Part shown: piece after piece, positions 36,724-48,410 of the stretch | Layout of the letters: every line of letters begins with the position of its first letter | Numbering within the stretch: the first letter of the stretch is position 1 | Assembly (NCBI GenBank): GCA_024137785.1 | Contig: JAHRHZ010000144.1 | Location: forward strand, 73,486,391-73,550,390 | Direction of reading: 5' to 3' | DNA: 64,000 nucleotides | Source: Ginglymostoma cirratum | Taxonomy: Eukaryota | Notes under the pieces: model-generated | Told to the model about the DNA's origin: nothing | The model's input: only the letters and a program-made list of their open reading frames with translations | Databases searched by the model: none | Program-made: the position numbers and the translations under genes

Positions 36724-37119
36724 ATAACCCCCACACTGCAACCCCCATCTTGCCCTCTCTCACCGCTGTTCCTGAGTCTCCGGTGTGTACACAGTGTCAC
36801 CAGTAGCCACCACTCCCAATGGGGTTGGTGGTGATGAGTAGCTGTGGGGTTTTGATCACCCGGTAGTCCTGGAGACTTCTGTCACCAGGGACCTCAATCG
36901 TGGAAGAGACGTGACCCTGAGCACATCAACGCCTGGGGAGCACTTGATCTTGTATAGCCTCCCTCGCATAGCTGAAGCAGGTTCCCTGCCAGTTCTCTGA
37001 GTGGGCAAGATCCTTGTTGGTCCCACAGAATGTGGCCCATAGTAACGTACAGCACAGGAAAAGCGCATTTGGCCTTCAGATTTTTCCTGTAACTCCGTAC
37101 ATTCCTCACCTTCAATTAT

Positions 37120-37540
37120 CTTAGAGGAGGTACTGAATACAAGCGCAGGGTTGTAATGCTGGAACCATATGAGACGCTGGTTAGACTACAGCTGGAATTT
37201 TTGTGTACAATTCTGGTCACCACATTACAGGATTGCACATAGTTGCTCCAGAGAGTCTATAGAGGAGATTCACAAGATTATTGCCAGGATTTGAAAATTG
37301 CAGACACGAGGTTAAAATTGATAGTCTAGAGTTGTTTTCTTCAGAATACAAGAGGCTGAGGGATGATTTAATTGAGGTGTTTAAATAATGAGGGGCTTTG
37401 ATGGAATGGACAGGGAAGATCTCCTTTCCCTAAAAAGTCAGTTTACCAAGGGCACAGATTTAAGGTGATTGGTGGGAGGATTAGAGGGAAAATGAGGAAA
37501 AATGTCTTCACACAGAGGGTGGTGAGTGTCCAGAACTTTT
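37120..37540 (+). mobile_element. CR1 ORF2 C-terminal fragment (left arm of fold-back)
   Basis: Reads EYKRRVVMLEPYETLVRLQLE...FWSPHYR...FTQRVVSV. Confidence 0.85.
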
Positions 37541-37926
37541 GCCAAAGTGTTTCAAATCCCAACAATAGTCTTAGTGAACAAACTTCTCCTCACCTCTCTA
37601 GATCTTCCCATAATAACTGTAAATCTGCAACCATCATATATTGACTCACATGTCAGAGGGAATAGTTCTTCTCTTTCTATTCTCGTAAAACATCTTATCA
37701 TTTCGAATCCGCAATTAGATCATCTCTTATATTACAGTGCTTCATCAAAAGCCACTTTAGCTTTTCCACCCACACCTCACAACACTAGTTCCTCATTCTT
37801 GGTGATATCTTGGTGAAGCTCAACTGAACCCTTTCTAGGTCTGTACATCTTTCAGAAATGTGGTGCCTGGAATTTTACACAATGTTCCAGTTGTGGCCTA
37901 ATCACTGATTTATACAGTTCTATAAC
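37541..37926 (-). mobile_element. CR1 ORF2 C-terminal fragment (right arm of fold-back)
   Basis: Minus strand reads ELYKSVIRPQLEHCVKFQAPHF from about 37921 and covers the same ORF2 segment as the left arm. Confidence 0.8.
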
Positions 37927-38959
37927 GCCTACTTTCGTTGAGAGGTCAGGAAAACAACTTAAAGGCAAACTCCTAAGCTAGCCCACAGCCCAAATAAGAT
38001 GTGGTACAACAATGCAGGATCCACAAATCTACTTTTATTTTGGGTGAGGTGAAGTCTGGAACCCGAAAATTAAACATGCTGAATATGTAAAGTCGGACAA
38101 GTGGGAGCTGTTTTTCTCAAACCAGATCCAACCTATGGTTTGTCTTAGCAAATCTGGCAAGATTGCTATGGTTATGAGTGGGAACTGATATCATTGGAAC
38201 TGAATTCAACGACAAACAGAGGATTTGGAGGGTTTACATGATGCATTAATTGAAGATGAAGCCATATGATGTTAATTGGGAGAATAATGCCAATCCACTG
38301 TCTGCAGAACGAACATTAAGCATTTTTACAAATCAACTTTTCTTCAGTAGTGTTACTCTGCTAATTGCAAATAACAACATTACAACATTCAGTCTCCAGA
38401 TATCTATCTTAGATGGTAACAATCACCTCATGATGAAATGAAAATGGGGGCATCCAAACCGAACAAATTAACATCTGTGAAAATAACTTAAGTCAGCTCA
38501 TACAAAAATAGAGCCCTACAGTTAGCCACTACATTTACTTTCTGAAAAGAGACAATGTAGTTGTGGCTCCTGATCCTGAACACCATCCAATGACTTTTAC
38601 TTGCAAGCACCTGTGTGTGAATGTCAAGTGAGACAAACTTGTCGGTGATGCTCCCACCATTTGAATAGCTACTTACCCTGATGGAGCCACATGATAATTG
38701 TAGACCTGCCCATTGCTGACCCTCCACAGACTCTAAAGGTATTCCAGGAATGCCTGAACTACTTGTCTTGCTGGCAATATAACAGGCAGCTAAGAGGGAA
38801 AAACAGCACAATGTGACAAGGAGAAAAAGCTGGACCTAGTTTTATTTCAAATTTCTATAGTAGATTCAAACCTACACTGAGATCCCTGTGGTGGGGTGTT
38901 TTTAAGTTCTATTAAAAGATTATCTCTATTAAGCCCCACCCCCACCCAAATAGATCAGT

Positions 38960-39270
38960 GGCAGGATTTACTGCATGGCATCGTATATAACTGTACACAT
39001 TGTGAAAGCCTCAGCTTTGATCCCTGGCCAATACTGAATTATGTGAGTTCAGTCTGGTCGCATTGAGAGTGCCCAACTGGCCTCAATTTAGGGAGTTGAA
39101 GAAAATTAGTCAGCGTTCTGTTCCTCAATGAAACAGTGTTCCTGAAAATCAATCACTCATCACAGAGAGATGGGAGACAGAATAATACTTCTCCCTGGCC
39201 CCATGTTTATTAGTAATGTGATGCATGAACCAGGAGAAGCATGCAGCACACGACAGACTCACTTAAACAG
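38960..39270 (+). mobile_element. Old SINE-like repeat
   Basis: tttgatccctggcc...ctgaatta...actggcctca...gaaaattagtcagcgttc resembles 19925, 41310 and 55765. Confidence 0.45.
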
Positions 39271-39899
39271 CAAAGTAATAAAAATCAATAATCTGGAATA
39301 TATCCCCCTCCTCATTCTTGGTAACAGCATAGGTATTAGATTTTTCACATACAGCAACAGTGCCTATCAGTTTCCACTGTTCTTCCTACGCCAGCTATTA
39401 CAGAGCCTATAACCACCTGGGGGACTGTGCTGGCAGCAAGGCTCATCCCACAGAGTTGACCAGATGCCAGGTTCATTGCATCAGCGTCAATTTGTTTCAA
39501 CCCAAACTGGACAAGGCCAAGGCACACAGCTCACCCCCACCCACTCTCCTTTGCAAGGACTTACAAAACACACTGCATTGTTTCAACAAAAAAGCAAAGG
39601 GTAGGTAGGCAATTCAACTTATTTTTATACTTTCTTTTGTACTGTTGTGATTATGGTGCAGAATATTTAACCCCTTGAGCTCTCACGTATGTTTAAGCAT
39701 TCCACTTCCAAAGGCAAAATTTTTAGCATTGTTGCACGCCCGATTGTAATGCAATCTTTGGATTAGAATGATAATCTCAGTTTAAACTGAAAGAAAATTG
39801 CCTGTAGCCTGATACAGGAATTAATGATAAATCCAGAGCACCTAGCTGATGCTTACATCTTTGCTTTTAGAAAATATTTTCTCACCAATTTTCTTCCCT

Positions 39900-40210
39900 C
39901 CTCATCTCTTTTGAAGATGTTTGTTTATTGGTAGAATCTGATTAGATGGGGTTTTTAGTTCCTTCCCCAAATGACCAATGGTCATGAATGGGCTTTGATC
40001 GTGAGTGTCAACAGGCATGTGGGGTCACCGCAGTCAAGGCAGATCCTGTCGTTACTTTACATAGATGCAAAGGCAGTCCCAACAGGGAATCCTTGATTGT
40101 GGTCAGGTTTGGGATCTTTAATTAATTTTCTCTCCCTGTCCTAGATGCATTGAGGTCCTTGGTAGGCTCCCTAATCTTGTCCAATGAGTCTACTGCACAC
40201 ACTGTGGAAG
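39900..40210 (-). mobile_element. Old SINE-like repeat, opposite orientation
   Basis: taattttctctccctgtcctag...ttgaggtcc is a reverse-complement match to the family above. Confidence 0.45.
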
Positions 40211-40222
40211 AAATCTACGATT

Positions 40223-40450
40223 TAAAACAAAAGGGAAAATTGCCAGCAATATTCAACACATCTGACAGTATCTGTGTACTGAGAAATAGAGTTCATATTT
40301 CAAGGTGATGATCTTATCAGGACTTTTCTAATATTTTGCCAAAATTTTGTTGACCTGAAAAACCAACCCTGTGTCTTTCTCCACAGGTGCTGCTAGATCC
40401 ACTGATTATTTGGAGCACTTTTTTGTTTTTTATTTTAAATTTCCGGCATT
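40223..40450. mobile_element. Old inverted Penelope-like 3'-end pair
   Basis: acatctgacagtatctgtg...gaaatagagtt versus aaccctgtgtctttctccacaggtgctgctagatc. Same family as 4495-4600 and 20130-20232. Confidence 0.6.
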
Positions 40451-40723
40451 GTCCTTTTGAAAAACCAGGACTTTTCTGACTTACATGACACAGCTACTTG
40501 TTACCTAAACCTGCTGAGCTATAGGGAAGTCAGAATGCCTTCCCTTATGTTACTGTTATTTAAAGACTACCCAGTAATAAATATGCCAAAGGTCTACATT
40601 ACCGCACTGAGATGGCTGCTCAGTTTAACTGCATGTGACAACCGATTCAGAAATTCTTTTCATTGTTGTATGGAATTTGTGTTAACAAGTGGAAAGATGG
40701 ATTTTCTTTCGTCTTGCTCCCAG

Positions 40724-40950
40724 AGGGGGTCAGTTAGCTCATTTGGCTGGACAGTTCGAGTGTGTTGTAGAATGAAGTGAACCGTGCAACTTCTATCACT
40801 ACCCTATCTGTGGCAGTTTGTGGAAGCCTACCCCCTCGCCTTACTCCACACTTACAGAATGGTGCCCTTCAAACAATATATAACAAATTCTCTCTCTCTC
40901 TCTTTCTCTCTCTAATGGACTGAGATGTCTACAGTACTTTGTGGATTATG
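40724..40950 (+). mobile_element. Decayed tRNA-SINE (different family) with (CT)n
   Basis: Head ggtcagttagctcatttggctgg has an A-box-like TAGCTCA.TTGG. (CT)n lies at about 40889-40913. Confidence 0.45.
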
Positions 40951-41309
40951 CTGTTTAATGCTCCCAGTGATTGAATCAAGCAAAGACTGAAGTAAATCTT
41001 CCACTTGAAATAGTTCTACAAAGTACTGGGTCTTTGGATACTCTGATTTCAGAGTAGTACCTGCATTGAGAGACCAAAAGTTACACTTGTATAAGAATTG
41101 GGCATCCAACATCCCAAAGTCCTACAGAAATTCATCATGGTGGTGAACTAGTCATGTTTAAGTAGTATGACTATACCAGGTAATTAAGAAAAAAAACTTG
41201 AGAAGAATTGACTCCCTTTTATGACATATCCAATGAAAGTTCTAAGCTATATTAAAATTATGGTAGCAATCGGTTTCTAACCTTTTTTAAAAGGTAACTT
41301 TGGATGGGG

Positions 41310-41640
41310 TACTGGGTAAAGGTACTGATGATCTGGCGTAACCAAAACAGCATGAAAGTGCAGGATTTGAGCCCAGGCCTGTGCTAAGGCAGAGTGGTAC
41401 TGAGGATTTAGGATTAGCCTTGGAATCTCAATACCTTTAGAGAATGAAATTATCTCATGTTCCTTCTACTCATTATTAATCTGTAATCTCCGCATTTTTG
41501 TGCGAACATTGAGTATTGGGCTTGAATGTAATATTCATCTGAGTAAATTCTTTACTTACATTCACTTATATGTGAATAATATTCATTTGATTGTAGTACA
41601 ATAGTGGCTAGTTGAACTGTGGAACTGTCACTTAATAGAT
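41310..41640 (+). mobile_element. Old SINE-like repeat
   Basis: caggatttgagcccaggcctgtgctaag head and similarity to 38960-39270. Confidence 0.35.
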
Positions 41641-42694
41641 GTCAACATAGTCAATATCTGAAGGATAATGGGACCAAAATGATGAGGAAACCCTTGAGGA
41701 AACAAAATGACTACTTTACAAAAGTTTTGATAATATTTGGTACAAATCATTGAAAAATTCCTTTCTTTGGAATGCAATATTACCATCCTGCAATGGAATA
41801 AAATACATTACACTCCTCCAACTACAGCATCATCAATTATGGTTAAAGAAAAATGTCTCAACAACCAAATAGCAAAATGTTACTTTACTCAACATGTGAT
41901 GTAAGCTCCTATGCATTGTGCAATGTATTGTTGTTGTGATTTTTTTCTTGGTGGAGGAAGATCCACAATATTCAGAGTTTTCTACATTTAAGTTTATGTA
42001 ACATAACATTTCATGTGACGATGTTGACACCGAGTGTTTCTGACCTTTTGACTAATAGAGTGTTCAATGATAATCGGGCAAGGATAATTCTGTTTTTCTC
42101 CTGAAAATCCAGAAAAATTCTATGCACCAGGCTAGTGAATCAGTTGTGATCATGGATGCAAATTCAGGAGAATTTAAGGAATTGATGAGGCAGTGATGAG
42201 ACAGTGATGAATCAGGCGGCAGTCTGGTAGATGCTGAAGGATAAACCGATCTTGAGTGAAGTTCTGGGATGCTGATTGCACTTTATCAGCTACATAGGGT
42301 TGGGAGCATAGATGGCCTAATTGTGAACAAAGGCTAGTTTCACATTTATACTCCCTTTTCTAATTCCACAGGAAAATGATGGGTAATCTGGATAATGTGG
42401 AGAAGAATCCAGTACCTGGATACATCAGGGATAATTTTCTCACTTCATGATGCTAGTACGGAATCCTATCATCCAGAGGTATATATCAGAAACTTGTGTC
42501 TGCTCCGTACAGGATCATTCACCAGGGTACATGATTATCCCTGTAATGTTAACTCCTACAGGTGTGATGTCATGAACCAGTGCCAGTTGACATTACCAAC
42601 TGCCATTCAGCAAATGACAACATAAATGGCCACCTCAGTTGTGTAGATCAGATGCACAAGAAGACTATCTCTGTAATTGTTTCTATAGCTGGTG

Positions 42695-43035
42695 GGGGAA
42701 GCAATGGCCTCATGGCACAATTGCTAGATTGTTAATCCAGAGACTCAATGTTCTGGAGACCTGGGCTCAAATCCTGCCACAGCAGATGGTGGAATTTGAA
42801 TTCAATAAATATCTGGAATTAAGAATCTAAAGATGACCATGAATCCACTGCTGATTGTCAGGAAAAACCCATCTGGTTCACTAATGTCCTTTAGGAAAGG
42901 AAACTGCCATCCTTACCTCGCCTGGCCTACATGTGACTCCAGACTCACAGCAATGTGGTTGGCTCAAAACTGGGGTAAGGGATGGGCAATAAACGCTGCC
43001 TCACCAGCAGCACCCTCATCCCATGAATGAATAAA
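42695..43035 (+). mobile_element. tRNA-derived SINE, full length
   Basis: A-box-like tggcctcatgg, B-box-like gggctcaaatcc (42763-42774), and tail gggatgggcaataaac...catcccatgaatgaataaa shared with the LINE 3' ends. Confidence 0.88.
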
Positions 43036-43388
43036 GAAACATTTCTCTGAGGCATTAGCAGCCCAATTTCAAGATAATGTGTTCAATATTTTAGTAAACG
43101 TTTATAGGCAACCTCAAGGGGAGGGTGGGGATGGTGTTTGTTGGGAGATCTCACAACACATGTAGCATCTCTACTTCTGGGTCAGAAGTTCCACCTCAGG
43201 ACTTAATGGCCATGTCATAATGTAGCCAAACAGGCTGGCTATAAATCTACAAGTCCCTCTGATTTGCCTCTGGCAGACAATAAGGGTGGGAGTGTGTCCT
43301 GATCAGCCAGAACCAGCTTCCCTGTAATAAATAACTTCACTTTAAGGTTCTTGCTATGCTCAAGCATCACCCATCATTTTGTGGGAAA

Positions 43389-43433
43389 ACACACACACAT
43401 GCACGCACGCGTGCACACACACACACGCATGCG

Positions 43434-43467
<34 letters not shown>
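43389..43467. repeat. Compound (CA)n/(CACG) microsatellite, 79 bp of uninterrupted purine-pyrimidine alternation
   Basis: Read directly. Confidence 0.97.
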
Positions 43468-46400
43468 GAGCCAACTCTATATTCAGACAGATAGATCAGT
43501 GGGCATCATGAGATGCCCTATACCAGTGGAATATATGGACGACCACAGCAAGAGGCAATTGCCACTCATGTTAGCAGTATTTCTGCACTTCACCATACCA
43601 TTGAGTTGCAGTCTCAGAAAGAAATAAATCAGAATGCAGGGAAAAGATCCTCTTGGCATTGACGCAGGTGTATTAGAGTTTCGCATAGATACAGATAGCA
43701 GGTCTAGCTGTAAATATAGCTACTTGGTAGCTGAGCCAATCACTTGTGCAAATCCTTTAATGAGGAGAGCACGCAACAGCAATAGGTCATGTGCACAACA
43801 AACAAGTAAAACACAGACCACAACAGACAAAACAACCACAATACACATGAAGCAGATGCCTTACCATTCCTACACAATTGAATAAAATTCACTCACTTTC
43901 ATTCTGTCTTGCAGTCCGTCATTCTTTTTGTGGTAGAACATAAAGAATCAGTTGTTTAAAAGGAAACAGAACAGAAATACCCCTCTGCTAAGAAAATACA
44001 AATATCAGCTCACTGATTGTTGTGTGTCCAGTGGAAAGTAATCATATTTGCTGTACAGTTGAAAGGCAACAGCTCAGACTGCTTCGTGATAAAAGCAATA
44101 CCTCAACCTTCCAAAGTGTCAAATATCAACACTTTCTCAGAGGCCAGAAGGACTAAAAGATAAATCTTGTGCCTTCAGCACTCAAATCCTCATTCAAAAT
44201 TGTTTATTTATCTATACTGTTATAGTTGCTTTTAAAATGAATGAGAATGATTTTCAAGTTGCTTGCTGTTATAATCATTTAACCAAATTATTTTTAGTTT
44301 GATTCTCACCTCTGCCTTTGGAGTATGTCTCATTCCCTATATCTGGCCATAAGGTTCTAGGTCACAGCCTCTTACGTTAATGGAAAAGTGGCTACTGTGC
44401 AAAGATTATTTAGTTTTGAGGTGAATTGTCACTGCAGAATGGTGTACAGGTTCATCATTAATGACGATATGGGGGTAGCACACAAAAATGTTTCTAAAAT
44501 AATGTTTTTTGGAAAGGCAGATGTAGTCAGATCTGCACTAAAAACGGACACATTCTGATTTTCAGTGGAACAATAGGCCAAGCCTTCTTTTTAGTCCACC
44601 ACTTTCAGTCACACTATCATTTTGCTTCAAATGACGGACACAGTATTTCAATCCAAAAGTTATTTCTTTCAAAAGTGTTATCTTAATTCTAGGCATGAAT
44701 TTAATTTCCATCGGTTTATGAAGTTTGTTGGAGTAAAAACTTAGATCTTGAAAAAGATCAAAGGCTTATTAGGGAGCTGAATAAATCCTATTTGCTACAA
44801 AGTTAATGGGCTAGAGTGAGAGGACAGGCCCTCCTTCATGATGCCTAGTAACAAAAGGTCAAACAGCTTGATCTTCCCAAATCTGACTCTTATTGGGGGT
44901 CGCCTGAGTGGGCTCATGGTGGGGATGCAGCACTTGCTGCCACTTGAGTAAGTGAGATGTGCATATATGCACAAAGTTCAGGCTCATGCACGCACCACTG
45001 GTATTAGTAATGAGGAAAAATACTCATAAGATTCCAAAAGATGTACAATGTGCTGGACCTTACCGTAACCCATGTTAGTATAAGCAACAAAAATTGATGG
45101 GGTGGGGGGGGTCACATTTGTTTGGAAATCCTGACCACAATGCATTCTAAAGCTACATCACACTTTTCTTTTGCAGGAATCTACCGTTAACATTTAGTTC
45201 TGGTTAATATTACTGATACATATCTATCAACCTAAGGAACTTGTGGTTGGTAGCAGTGGCACTAGTGCTAAATTGTGGGGTTGGCAAAGTCTGATGGGGG
45301 AGGGGACAAGACATTCACAAGTCAAATATTTCTATGACAACACCTCTGATCTGCTAATACCAGAAAATCGGTTCTATATTAGATAGTAGTGAAGAGTTGA
45401 AGTGACTGCCCAAAGTTGAAAGTGCAGTTAAAATGAATCATTACAAGAGGGAGCAAATATCCAGGAAATAAAATGGTTCAAGCCGTTTTAAATATCTACT
45501 CAAAGTGCATCTTAGTTCTGAACTTTAACAGAGATAAGCAGGAAGTTAACTCTCAAGCCCCAAGGAAGGTACACGAATAAAAACAGTAACCTCTTGCTTT
45601 CTTTGTAACACTGTCTGATATATGATGACTTTTATTGTTACATATGCCACCCTTGCTTTCTCCAGTGATGTAGTACCCGTAGAAAATATCAATGATATAA
45701 TCAAGCCCAGCTGCTTTTACATGGCTCCCAAACACAGCCTAATGAAAAGGGCTTTTCATCAGATACACCTTTACAATCTTTTATCGTATAATCTCAAAAG
45801 TTTTAAAGGAATAGTGCTGCTTGGTAAGAAAAGCTGTTTTTTTCAAATAGGGTAAGCAAGCTCCAGTCCTGGAATTTGACAAGAAGAGGTTGCACTTAGC
45901 ACATTCCAAAGATTTATTCGTTCTATGTCTCCATGGTAGCTTGAATTGTCTTTTTTTTGTAAATGTTATGTTGTTGATTTATTTTGGAAGAAAAGAAGAC
46001 AGCAGAGTATAAGGTATATTCAGTGCAAACCTTCCTGATTTGTATGGTTCAGAACCATACAAGTTTATTCCACTGACTTATTCTAATTAACAGTTATTCA
46101 ATGACTAAAGTTTGGGCTTAGTATTAAAATATTTATAATTTCAAAGTTATAATAACTTTGATTATTCTCAGTCTATCAAATTTTCCCTCTGTTTTTGTTG
46201 AATAATAAAACAAATAAAAGAAAAAGAAAATACATTAAACTGAATGAATATGCAGTCAAGCATACAACAGGCAGATTGTTATGTGTTATTTTTGGAGAGT
46301 TTAATGTAGCATGTATTGTATTAAAATTACATTAATGGTTACGTTAGAAATCCCAGGGGAACCAACAATTCTGTTACAGCGCTTTTATATTTTAGATGCA

Positions 46401-46835
46401 AAGGATAAGAGAATCCCCACTACCATTGCATAATCATTGCAGAATCAAAGATTGGGGAGTTTCCCTGTGTTCTTAAAGGATATTATCTGTGAATCACCAA
46501 CTTTCCCCATCTCTCTCACTCTTCACATCTACCCTGCCTTGCAAAAGACAAATAGCCCAGTTGGTGTAATCAATGATAAAAATATGTTGATAATTCTCGT
46601 TTTATATTTTGAACACTGAAGCTATGTTAAAATGTACAGATTGCCTCAAGGCAGGAGTGAAGGCAAAACTCTAGGCGCAACTTTATTGTATCAATAACAT
46701 ACAAGAGATCAATATAAATTATTGATGGCAGTATTAGAATATTATTGTGCAATATACGGAAGATTTGAAGATGATGGCTGTTGTGTTGAGTTGTATGGGA
46801 GTGTACAGTCCTCCAAAGCTAGGCATCACTATGAC

Positions 46836-46863
46836 CATAGTTCATAGTTCATAGTTCATGGTT
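46836..46863. repeat. (CATAGTT)x4 tandem repeat
   Basis: catagtt catagtt catagtt catggtt. Confidence 0.9.
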
Positions 46864-47072
46864 ACAGGAAAAATAATTATTTGGATACAAGCTGGAAAGT
46901 CACACCCGTCAAGAGTTATAAAAAGCAAAATGTGCTTAAGTATCTAAAGTGGTAGATATTTGGTCTATGGCTTTTGATTTGTTGAGGAAATGTCTCTTTA
47001 TTAAAAGGAAATGGCAAATGGCAACCTCAGTAAATTCAAACCATGACATTGGTCCATACTACGGTTTCTACA

Positions 47073-47420
47073 GTGGCTTAGTTTGGTAAATGCACAGCCT
47101 GAGGACCAGAGCAATGAAAACCAACAGTATTCCAGCACCACCACTGAACTACCTCAAAATGTGGCAGTCATATCATTACGACTAGACTCTGCAGCCCTAA
47201 GGTAGTGAGGGACAAGTCTTTTGTCAATTTTGTTTCAAACTGTTGCCCAATTGGCTCCGATAGAAACTGAATGTTTGTGTGTACATGTGCATCAATGATC
47301 TTGGGCAAAACTGTGGTGTGCCATATTAAAACAGCTAATCTTCATACTTTAGGTCTGGCTACCTCATCTGGATATCACAGACTATCTCGCACCCATTAAG
47401 CCATATTTTAGCATGAGTCA
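47073..47420 (+). mobile_element. Old SINE-like repeat
   Basis: A-box-like tggcttagtttggtaa head and weak similarity to the other old copies. Confidence 0.35.
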
Positions 47421-48123
47421 GTGCAGCACTTTTATGATGTAAAGAAAAGCAAATGAGGAACAAAGAAAGTTTAAGAAACACAGTTTTGTTTCATAGAAAA
47501 TAAAGTTCCTAAACATACAAAATTATAGAAATTTATGGATTGTTGGTTTTCCAGTTTTTCACGGTATTAAAGGTAACAAAGTTACTGTAAATGACACTAA
47601 CACACAAATCCTTTCTTAACCAAACATTGGAGTGACTCACAAACTTTAGTAGTTAGTATTAAACTTCTTTCAGGTGAATCATTGTCATTTAAAAATAAAC
47701 ACTAGTCATGTAACCAGTGAAATTTCCTGGTAATCAGCCACATGTTACATGCTTCACTTTCAAAACTCTTTTTAACACAACTATGAATTATTTTTAATAG
47801 ACTTAAGCCAGCATTGATGCAACGTTTATTCACTGCAGCACTGAAAAAAGATTTTGAAAGAGACCTGCTGTTGGCCTTCAAATGATTAGAAATTGAACAA
47901 GGCTTCTCAACCAATTCAAACAATATGCATTATCTAAAATGGGTAGTAAATGCAACTGATACTGGGAGTAAATGCAAGACAGTAATCTTTTCTCCACACT
48001 CAGTTCATTTTGTAAGCCACCCACGTTTTACTCATACTTACGATGATACTAATGTTGATGATATTAAGATAAACTCATCGATTAGGTTGCTGCTCTGTAA
48101 TCACTTCCAGGCAATCCTTACAT

Positions 48124-48410
48124 AAAAAAATTGCATTTATATAGCAACTTTGATGATCGCAGCAAAACACAAAGTGCTGTACAGCCAATGAAGGAACCCT
48201 GAAGTGTATTAACTGCTGTAGGAAACCAATGTGCACACATAAAGATTTTAAAACATGTCATAACAATCCAATGATGTCTTTCTGTGACGGTGATTGAATG
48301 ACAAATGTTGGCCAGGTCACGTGCTTTCGAAATAGTATCATGGGATCTGTCATATTCACTTGAGAAGGCAGGCAGAGCTTCCATTCAAAGTTTCATTCAA
48401 GGATGAAACT
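48124..48410 (-). mobile_element. Deu-domain SINE (SacSINE1/AmnSINE1-like)
   Basis: ttgcatttatatagc...acagccaatgaag...gttggccagg...ttcgaaatagtatcatgggatct. Confidence 0.7.

Noticed and set aside
36856-37068. Harbinger transposase N-terminus
   Set aside because: The resemblance was too weak to call by eye. It is kept only as a hypothesis in the findings.
42695-42780. tRNA gene (also at 36640-36723 and 6680-6752)
   Set aside because: The A/B boxes belong to SINE heads followed by a shared SINE body, and there is no intact cloverleaf.
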